Of a stretch of DNA of 64,000 nt, positions 54,247 to 64,000 are shown piece after piece. A program made the translations under genes and the position numbers. The stretch covers positions 53,940,001 to 54,004,000 of the forward strand of contig OX597817.1 of the NCBI GenBank assembly GCA_951406725.2. Direction: 5' to 3'. Source of the DNA: Octopus vulgaris (lineage: Eukaryota). The notes beneath the pieces were generated by a model. That model worked only from the letters and a program-made list of their open reading frames with translations, was not told the origin of the DNA and ran no database searches. How positions within the stretch are numbered: the first letter of the stretch is position 1; every line of letters begins with the position of its first letter.

Positions 54247-54464
54247 AATAATAATAATAATAATAATAATGATAATAATCATCATAATAATAATTGATAA
54301 TAATTATAACAATAACAACAGTAACAATACTACGAGCAGCATCAGCAACAACAGCAGCAGTAGTAGCAGCAGCAGCATCACCTCCACAACTATCACCACC
54401 ACCACCAAAACCACCACCGCCACCATCACCGCCACCACCACCACCACAACAACAACAATAATCA

Positions 54465-54678
54465 TTTCTACTATAAGCACAAGGCCTGAAATTTGGGGTG
54501 GGGGGGGGGGAGGGGTCTAGTCGATCACATCGACCCCCCCGTGTGTAGCTGGTACTTATTTAATCGACCCCCGATAAAGTCGACCTCGGCGCAATTTGAA
54601 GTCAGAACGTAAAGACAGACGAAATATCGCTAAGTATTTCGCCCGGCGTGCTAACGTTTCTGCCAGCTCGCCGTCTTA
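54465..54678 (-). mobile_element. SINE family A within AAT/AAC arrays
   Basis: Homology. Confidence 0.85.
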
Positions 54679-54722
54679 ACAACAACAACAACAACAGCAG
54701 CAACAACAATAATAACAATAAC

Positions 54723-54781
<59 letters not shown>

Positions 54782-54799
54782 TAATAATAATAGTGATAA

Positions 54800-54835
<36 letters not shown>

Positions 54836-56908
54836 CGACGGTGATAATAATGATAATACTACTACTACTAATAATAATGAAAATCAGGAAATTAAGACGG
54901 AATTGCAACAACAATGATAACGAAAACAACGAGAACAACATCACCTACAACACTACCAACAAACACAACAGCAAAACAAATAATGACAAAAAATACCACA
55001 GCATCAATGACATCAGGAATGACTTAAATAATAGCAATAGCAACATCATCATAAATAACATCTTCAAAAATCGCAATAACATCAATATGAACAGCGACGG
55101 TGTCAAAAGTAGCACCTTCAACAGTAATAAACATTGACGATAGCGAAACCAAATAGCAACAGCATCATTAGCAACAACTTCATTAATAGCAACAGTAACA
55201 ACTCCAACAAGTATAACATCAGCAACAACACGACAAAAACCTCAGTAGTAACAACATCTGCAAATAACGTCTATGTCGTCGTCACCCGACCTGCTAGAAA
55301 TAACAATCAAACTTCTCTCAAATCATACTTTGTGTCTCAAATAATGAGTAAACATATTTGTTAATATAGTCCTAGCTGTCCATATATAAGTCAAGGTGGT
55401 CATGGCTGGAATGCTTTTGTTAATTGGCATCAATTTTTGTCTTTGAGCCAGGAATATAACATTACCAACTTTTAGGCATTTTAGGAACATTTCCAATGGT
55501 GTTAATTCTTCGATTAATAGTATTCTATTAATCTAAAATGGAAGTGGCTTCCACAAAACATTTTCAAATGTTGAATTAATTTCTTATCAAGCCAACACGC
55601 CACATCCATCGAATAATTATATTATATTTGCCTTGGGCTAAACTTTAAACTGCATCCGGTACAGGGGCCTTGGTACGAGAGTTCCAAGGTCTTGAGGAGC
55701 GTGGGACCACCTCTTAGCTACTTTCGTCCCCAAGTCTACTCTGACCTGGAGTTGTAGCATCTGTTAGGGTCCCAGCTATGGGTTAATTAGCATGGATACT
55801 ACTCGCTTCAAACCCAGACTGCGTCTACTCTAATACTCGGCGGTGACTTGGTCAGCGAATCCTCTGCCACGGTCGACAATCAACGGCAAGATGAGCTGCT
55901 ACAGATCACACTATCCCAAAGTGTGTATGCGTGTGAATAGTGACCACATGTGAATATGTATTCTCACTGAAACTCCGAACATGAACTCTACAATTCAATA
56001 GCGAATGACGGATATGGTTACGGCGTACGCGTTGTCCGATGTGTTTGCTCTCCCAGTGGGACATATGTCAAACTTTCAAACTGAATTTTGGGCTTTACGC
56101 AAAAGCATTACTTCGCTTGCTGGGACGGTAGGACCGACCGTCAGATGTGATTAGCATTCATGAGAAACGTGGTGAATGCATCGGTCGGAGCTGGCTCAAC
56201 CCAGCCTGGGTGAATGTCGCCGCAGGTACAGTAAGTAATCTTATTACAGAAGGACCATCGGGGAACGAGACTGCCATGTAACAGGCTGCTAATAAAGAGA
56301 GAGAGAGACAATAAAGCGTGCATGCAGATGTGCAAGGAAACGTTTACCGGATTAACTTTCTACATGAAACAGATTATTCGGCATTGATTCTTTGGTTTGA
56401 GAAAATTCCGCTGCCAATCGTTGTTATTTGAAAAAGGTTGTGAAGAAGATAAACTCTGTCGGAAGTGCATCTTCCTATGTTCAATGAGAAACGTTATAAT
56501 CAGTGACGTAGCCAACAGGGAGCGACTGCTCCGCACGAACACGTTTTTCAAAATTGGCCCCTTTTCAACAGTTTTTTTTGTAAAAAAAACTCTTTAGCTC
56601 ACTTGTGCGATAGAAGTCGAATCTCTTTTCTTTGTTAACCACATGGCCATGGTAGAACTTTCTGGGGTCTTTACTTTATTTGAGCAACATCCCATGTTTT
56701 TGAACTGTCCCGTCAATCTCATGTGATGTGTTGGTGACTGCTGACATCTGAAGAACCGAAACAAACCCTGACGTCATAACCTCTCGACACTGGATGATCC
56801 TGTGGAGTTTCATCTTTTTCCTGTCACACCTATATATCAGTAGTTGGAAGTCTCATACATAATGACATTGTTACTGAAACACGAAATTAATGAATGTAGA
56901 ATGCAATT

Positions 56909-56945
56909 ACCCTAACCCTAACCCTAAACCTAAACCTAACCCTAA
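56909..56945. repeat. Short interstitial (CCCTAA)n
   Basis: About six degenerate units. Confidence 0.75.
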
Positions 56946-57420
56946 TGAAATATTTCGCAGAATATAAGAGAAATAAGTTAAAAAACTGTTCGGTATGCGT
57001 CACAGCACCATTTTTTATGTAGTCGCTTCTAACTTTTGAACCTGGTTACGCCTCCGGTTAAAAGTCAAATAAACTAATCTTTACGAAGAATACCCTGTAA
57101 ACTTTGAAAGTTTATATGGGTGGGGAAAGAATTTGAAATTACTTAAACTTGTCCCCAGTTCTAAGTCCTGCATCTCATAGCGCCAGAATACTAGCTCCTT
57201 TTGGATGTAATCGTTGGACTTGAGTGTCGGAAGGAAATACAGAGAATGGAATTTACAGCCAACCTATTGATGCAAGCGTACCTAAACCCTTCACCCAGTG
57301 TGAATCATTGGCTTTTGTACATGAATCAGATCTTTCAAACACATCAGTGGGATTAATGGGATTCAGGGAGGATCAAAACAACCAGGTAGCTCTCAGAAAA
57401 TCATTTAGTTTTGATCAACA

Positions 57421-57580
57421 TAGGCGCAGACATGGCTGTGTGGGAAGAAATTCGCTTCTCAACCACATGGTTTCAGGTTCAGTCCCATTGCGTGGCACCT
57501 TGGGCAAGTATCTCCTACTATAGTCTCGGGCTTTGTGAGTGGATTTGGTTGATGGTAACTGAAAAGAAGCCCGTAGTTTA
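57421..57580 (+). mobile_element. SINE family B head
   Basis: Homology. Confidence 0.8.
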
Positions 57581-57638
57581 TGTATGTATGTATGTATGTA
57601 TGTATGTATGAAAAACGAACCTCCACTAACTATTCTGC

Positions 57639-57681
<43 letters not shown>

Positions 57682-57784
57682 TCAATATAAGGGTAGCAAA
57701 AAATTCAATAGAAATTTTTTCGCCACCAGCGGTCCAGAGAGAAAGAAAATATAGTCAATAGACTATATAATGTACATTCAACAA

Positions 57785-58058
57785 CAATATTATGGAATGG
57801 CCTTTATTAAGGCCATTCCATAATATTGGCCATTCAACTCACTAAAACGAGCAGCTAAACTCAAATATTTGAACTATGCATAGTTTCGACGTACTTTTTG
57901 GTACCAAAAAGTACGTCGAAACTATGCATAGTCCAAAGATGATTAGGGTAAATGTTTTTAATTTTCCTTTGATTTCTGAATTACTACTATTTAGCGGTTT
58001 GTGTTTAGCTGCTCGTTTTAGTGAGTTGAATGGCCTATTAAGGCCATTCCTTAATATT
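57785..58058. repeat. Nested palindrome complex
   Basis: Perfect 60-bp palindrome 57873-57932; 33-bp IR 57828-57860/58003-58035; 20-bp-arm hairpin 57785-57828. Confidence 0.92.
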
Positions 58059-58060
58059 AT

Positions 58061-58103
<43 letters not shown>

Positions 58104-58125
58104 CATATGTATATACATACATACA

Positions 58126-58157
<32 letters not shown>

Positions 58158-58158
58158 C

Positions 58159-58212
<54 letters not shown>

Positions 58213-58217
<5 letters not shown>

Positions 58218-58517
58218 GGTGAGTCAAAAATTAATCCCATTTTGCTTTGAACTGGTATAATTACCAACACAGGAACATGTATCATACATGAAAATGAAGC
58301 TGGTCCTCTGTGGATCACATCCCTACTTCTCAACATAGTCACTGTTTCTCTCAATAGCAATGGTCCACCTTCGAATGAGAACATGTATCCCTGCCCCGTA
58401 AAATTCTGTTGTCTGTTCTTTGAACCACTTCTTCGCTACAGTTTTCCATTCCTCGTCACTGGAATAATGTTAGCCTCTCAAACCCGCTTTCATGGGGCCG
58501 AAGAGATGATAGTCCAG
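58213..58517 (-). mobile_element. mariner transposon 3' end with TIR
   Basis: DYHLFGPMKAGLRG*HYSSDEE...[32 protein letters not shown]; end TA-TGAGGGTGAGTCAAAAA. Confidence 0.9.
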
Positions 58518-59010
58518 TGACGATGATAACACACACACACAGACATACATTAACGCACACCTCAACTCTATCACTGTTCCTGTGTGTGTGTGTGTGTGTG
58601 TGTGTATGTCAGTCGTCACAAAAATGTATATATACTGACAGTTACATACATCGTCACACACATATGCTTGTCAGTCATCGGCCTAACGTACGTAACGAAC
58701 GTGCGAACACACTCATATAAAAAAAATGTGACGTCATCGTCGTTGTGGTGGTGGTGGTGGTGGTGGAGGTAAAAGAGGTCGTTTACGATAGGTGACTAAA
58801 AGAAAATTGATAATGTTAATTTTTTTTAATGTAAATATGTGAATGAAAATATAGTTTGGTTGGTAGCCAAAATCTTACTGAATCTTTTGATATCTGAAAC
58901 GTCGAAATCAGCAACTCGGTTTTGGAATGCATAATGAACCTACGCACACACATACAAACTCTCTTTTGTAGATATAGATATATACATTATATATATTACA
59001 TACACACGTG

Positions 59011-59060
<50 letters not shown>

Positions 59061-59094
59061 TAGTTATATTCATGCATTCACACACTCGAATATA

Positions 59095-59125
<31 letters not shown>

Positions 59126-59222
59126 ACGCTTCGTACTCCATCATTCAGGTGTATAAACAATTCCTCTAACCACCACCCCTTCCCACCCGCCACCTCCACG
59201 CCGTCCCCTGTCTCTCTTCTCT

Positions 59223-59640
59223 TATTTCTTTACTGCCCACAAGGGGCTACACACAGAGAGGACAAACAAGGACAGATAAAGGGATTAAGTCGATTATATC
59301 GACCTCAGTGCGTAACTGGTACTTATTTAATCGACTCCGAAAGAATGAAAGGCAAAGTCGACCTCGGCGGAATTTGAACTCAGAACGTAACGGCAGACGA
59401 AATACCTATTTCTTTACTGCCCACAAGGGGCTAAACACAGAGAGGACAAACAAGGACAGACAAACGGATTAAGTCGATTATATCGACCTCAGCGTGTAAC
59501 TGGTACTTATTTAATTGACCCCGAAAGAATGAAAAGTAAAGTCGACCTCGGCGGAATTTGAACTGAGAAACTTAAAGAGAGACGAAATACCGCTAAGCAT
59601 TTCGCCCGGCGTGCTAACCATTCTGCCAGCTCGGCGCCTT
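59223..59640 (-). mobile_element. SINE family A dimer with TSD
   Basis: tgtctctcttct on both flanks. Confidence 0.92.
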
Positions 59641-59989
59641 TTGTCTCTCTTCTGTTACAAGATAAAAAGATAAAAAAGATGCAGCAGATCCGACTTGCAT
59701 TTCTACAGAAGTATTTGGGGAAGTGAAGAATTAAATAATTGCAACCGAAATACAGAAATAACAGATCTTTTGTTGAGTATTGTGTTTTCTAGAGTAGGGT
59801 GAAACCCTCCCAGCCCCCTCTCTCTCTCTTTCTCTCTCTCTCTTTGTCTTTCTCTCCCCCACCCCACCCCTACGATTGTTGACCTTTGACATTAGACTCG
59901 TGATTTACGTCACTTTATTATCTGATAGCACCACCACTATCACAACCAACATCAATTCCTCCTCCCCCACCACACCAGCATCATCACTT

Positions 59990-60522
59990 CCATGGCCATC
60001 ACCACTACCACCTCCACCACCATCATAATCACCACCACCACCTTCGCACCTTTTCATTACGGCTATTACCACCATCACTGCTATTACTGCCACCACCACC
60101 TGCACCACCACCTCCACCACCACCACCACCACCACCATTATCACCACCACCACCATCATTACCACCACCACCACCACCATTACCACCACCACCATTACCA
60201 CCACCACCACCATCATTATCACCACCACCGCCACCATTACCCCCCCACCATCATTACCACCACCACCACCGCCGCCGCCGCCGTCACCACCAACACCATT
60301 ACCCCCACCATCATTACCACCTCCGTCATTACCACCACCACCATTACCCCCCACCATCATTACCACCTCCGTCATTACCACCACCACCACCACCACCACC
60401 ACCACCACCACCGCCGCCGCCACCACCACCACCACCACCACCATCGGTACCAACATATCGCTTCCTCCACCACTGCTGCTGCCACCTCTTCCACCACAAC
60501 CACCACCGCCACCACCACCTGC
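59990..60522. repeat. (CAC/CAT/TAC)n array
   Basis: Direct. Confidence 0.92.
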
Positions 60523-60579
60523 CCCATAATTACTCTGCCTAATGGCTGTAGAATCGTGTCATTCACAATTTCGCGTTTC

Positions 60580-61355
60580 ACATAAGACCGCGTCTCTTGC
60601 ATAATCTTGTCTGTTCACGAGACAATGTCTACCCTGCCTTTCCTAAAGCTCTATTTATTAAGAAGACCGAGTCTAAAACCTTCAGCACGTGTACCGAAAG
60701 GACCATGTCTATCATAAGACAAGGTCTGTCTAAATAGTCTACAGATTAGTCTGTGTCTATCACACTATTGTCTATTACAAGATTGTCTTTAAGACCGTGT
60801 CATATAACAAGACCTTGTGCTTAACAAGAGTGTGTCTTTATGACATCAAAATACTCAGTCTTTCAGAAGATCAGGTACAACATAAGACCATGTCTGAAAT
60901 AAGACCACGTCTAAGACAAGACCATGTGTAAAATAAGACCATGTCTAACATAAGGCCATGCCTAAAATAATCTCAAATACAACATAATACCATTTCTAAC
61001 ATAAGACCATGTCTGAAATAAGACCACGTTGAAGACAAGACCATGTCTAAAATAAGACCATGTCTAACATAAGACCATGCCTAAAATAAGATCAAATACG
61101 ACACAATACTATCTAACAAAGATCAAATACGACACAATACTATCTAACATAAGACCATATACAAAATAATACCGTGTCTAGCATATGATCATGTCTAACG
61201 TAAGACTATGTTTAATATAAGATCATGTCTCTGAAATAATACCATGTCTAAAATAAGACCATGTCTAACATAAGACCATGTCTAAAATATGATCATGTAC
61301 AACAGAAAACTAAATCGAAGACAGGAACATATCTTTCTCAAGACCGTGTCTATCA
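60580..61355. repeat. 17-bp minisatellite (ATAAGACCATGTCTAAA/C) with 119-bp higher-order repeat
   Basis: Variant pattern at 60881 recurs at 61000 (7x17). Confidence 0.9.
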
Positions 61356-61978
61356 CAATGCCATATCAAGCAATGAAGTCATAAAAGAATCATCCATAAC
61401 TTGCAAAAAGCAACATTTATTAAACTGTTATTACTGTTATTTCTTTATTTTCTGCAAACAAAATGCACAAAAAAGCTACACGTTTGCATTATGTTATGTA
61501 TACAATAATAATAAAGGACGTTACCGTATACAGTTTTACAAACCAAGGACGTTATATAGACCTCCTTGACTCAAGTTAGAGAAGGGGTACGTATTATACA
61601 CAAGGTTTAAGTTTTTCAGAGGTACAGCCCCCTAAAAATCCCCTCAAGAGCGAACTATACTCGAAGATTTACGGTAAATCAAAGGGAACCACAAAAGTGG
61701 TTCAGAAACACTAATGTAAGAGATCTGTAAAAAGCATCGCACATGGAACCAGCACGAAGGTTATCATTAGAAGGAATCTGGAGTGAATATTATACGTGAT
61801 GCAGGCTACCTTGGGATAAAAATAGTAAAGTGCTGAGTTGCTGTTTTATAAATTGGTGCGTTGCAATAGAAAGAGTCTTCCGATCAACGTTTCCGTCAAT
61901 TGTTGATACAATAGACGGGGGTTTAATTGTACGAAACAGAAGCTATGGTGCTGGGGTAGGAGTTTGGCTGTCCAGAGG

Positions 61979-61979
<1 letters not shown>

Positions 61980-62010
<31 letters not shown>

Positions 62011-62065
62011 TTTGTGTGTGTGTTTGTGTGTATGTATGAACGTGTGTGTTTGAGCGTGCGTGTGT

Positions 62066-62096
<31 letters not shown>

Positions 62097-62480
62097 TTGT
62101 GTTTGCGTGTATATATGAACGTGTGTGAGCGTGTGTGTGTGTTTGAACGTATGTGTGTGTTTTGTGTGTGTGTGTGTTTGCGTGTATGTATGAACGTGTG
62201 TGTTTGAGCGCGCGTATGTGTGTGTGTTGAGTGTGTGTTTGTATGTATGAACGTGTGTGTGTGTGTTCTGTGAGTGTATTTTGTGTGCGTGTTTGTGTGT
62301 ATGTACGAACGTGTGTGTTTGAGCGTGTGTGTGTATGTGTGTGTGTGTGTGTGTGTGTTTGTATGTGTGTGTTTGTGTGTATGTATGAACGTGTGTTTGA
62401 GCGCGTATGTGTGTGTGTGTTTGTGTGTATGCATGAACGTGTGTGTTTGGCGTGCGTGTGTGTTTTGTGTGTATGTATGA
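61980..62480. repeat. (GT)n-derived minisatellite with recurrent ATGTATGAACGTG / TTTGAGCG motifs
   Basis: Direct. Confidence 0.85.
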
Positions 62481-62714
62481 GGGGAGTCTTTGTGCTTGTC
62501 TCCGACGACCACTTCATAATCGGTGTTGGTTTTATTTCTGTCCCCGTAATCTGGCAGTTCGCGAAAAGAGAACGAACGATAAAATAAGTACTGTGGTTGA
62601 TTTGTTCAACTAAAACCCTTCATGGTTGTGCCCCAGTATGGCCGCACTCCAGTGACTGGAGCAAGTAAAAGTATGCAAGGAATCATGATGATCAAGGGTC
62701 ACATGAAAATGTCG

Positions 62715-63111
62715 GTTTCAAATTTTGGCACAAGGCCAGATACTTCGGAAGAGGAGCGAAATCGATTACATCGACCCCAGTACTCAACTCGTACTTGGTT
62801 TATCGACCCTGAAAGAATGAAAGGCAAAGTCGACCTCGGGGTAATTTGAACTCAGAACGAAGCGGCAGACGAAATACCTATTTCTTTACTACCCACAAGG
62901 GGCTAAACACAGAGAGGACAAACAAGGACAGACAAACGGATTAAGTCGATTATATCTACCCCAGTGTGTAACTGGTACTTATTTAATAAACCCCGAAAAG
63001 ATGAAAGGCAAAGTCGACCTCGGCGGAATTTGAACTCAGAACGTAGCGGCAGACGAAATACGGCTACGCATTTCGCCCAGCGTGCTAACGATTCTGCCAG
63101 CTCGCAGCCTT
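62715..63111 (-). mobile_element. SINE family A dimer
   Basis: Two units, alternative tail on the last unit. Confidence 0.9.
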
Positions 63112-63244
63112 GCATTGCTTTTTAAAATATCGAATGGCTATGAATGTCCAGTGGAGTAAAGTAGGAATCAAAAAAGATCCAAAAGTTAGAAAAAATGGAA
63201 AGAAATGGTTGAGAAACTCTGCATTAGAGTGAAGAATGGATGGA

Positions 63245-63623
63245 AGCACTCCGTCGGTTACGACGACGAGGGTTCCGGTTGATCCGATCAACGGAACAGC
63301 CTGCTCGTTAAATTAACGTGTAAGTGGCTGAGCACTCCACAGACACGTGTACCCTTAACGTAGTTCTCGGGGATATTCAGCGTGACACAAAGAGTGACAA
63401 GGCCGGCCCTTTGAAATACAGGTACAACAGAAACAGGAAGTAAGCGTGAGAGAAAGTTGTGGTGAAAGAGTACAGCAGGGATCACCACCATCCCTGCCGG
63501 AGCCTCGTGGAGCTTTAGGTGTTTTCGCTCAATAAACTCTCACAACGCCCGGTCTAGGAATCGAAACCGCGATCCTACGACCGCGAGTCCGCTGCCCTAA
63601 CCACTGGGCCATTGCGCTTCCAC
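63245..63623 (-). mobile_element. SINE family C, full length, young
   Basis: A box TGGCCCAGTGG, B box GTTTCGATTCC; flanking repeat gagtgaagaat at 63227 and 63625. Confidence 0.92.
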
Positions 63624-64000
63624 TGAGTGAAGAATACAAAACGACTGAAAGAAGAATTTTTAAGCAAAATGTTTGCGAATATGATTGATTGGTTCCTAAA
63701 ATTACGATGTAAAACAGATTTTATTTAACAAACATTGATAACAGATCTTCAGACCTCATGTTGACGGTGATTGATGATACTAAAAGAGAAATGAGACAGA
63801 AGAGTGATGAATTACGATGTACAAGATACATACTTAGCCATTAAAAACAACACGAACGAAAGCTGTTAACCACACGGAAGCTGTTTATTATTTGGTGTCA
63901 AAATTTTCGTTGCACCAAATAATAAATGTTTTGTGCCGTTTTAAATGGCTGTGATTGTTTTAACTTCATCTTGTGGCCATAGATCATATCACTTCCCGAG

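Noticed and set aside
56909-56945. Telomere fusion site
   Set aside because: Only about six degenerate units in one orientation; probably part of a repeat
58729-58736. CRE site TGACGTCA (also near 56769)
   Set aside because: Isolated 8-mers are expected by chance in 64 kb
60580-61355. CRISPR-like array
   Set aside because: Contiguous 17-bp units with no unique spacers, no cas genes, eukaryotic context
63535-63623. tRNA gene
   Set aside because: A/B boxes present but no acceptor stem, and it continues into a repeated body with TSD: a SINE head

Overview
Eukaryotic, AT-rich, repeat-saturated animal DNA. The SINE families and microsatellite load look like an octopus (coleoid cephalopod) genome; this is recognised from memory, not from a search. 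No intact protein-coding gene can be supported: almost all listed ORFs are microsatellite or SINE read-through. Contents: (1) about 45 copies of four SINE-like families, here called A-D; (2) decayed LINE fragments (RTE, CR1-like, L1/Tx1 and three R4/Dong-type fragments with a restriction-like endonuclease); (3) Tc1/mariner remnants, TTAA MITEs and Helitron-like pieces; (4) a Penelope-like (PLE) RT remnant with GLYRDDG and WFNPP; (5) about a dozen minimal type-I hammerhead ribozyme (HHR) motifs from several repeat families. The HHRs include one fully canonical copy (18774-18814), a tandem pair about 403 nt apart and two inverted/palindromic arrangements. There is also a switch near 22 kb from CpG-eroded to CpG-retaining SINEs. 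It coincides with loss of SINE family D and with three candidate minus-strand 5'-UTR exons at 23-27 kb, suggesting the 5' end of a long methylated gene reading leftward. Coordinates were read by eye and repeat edges are approximate.
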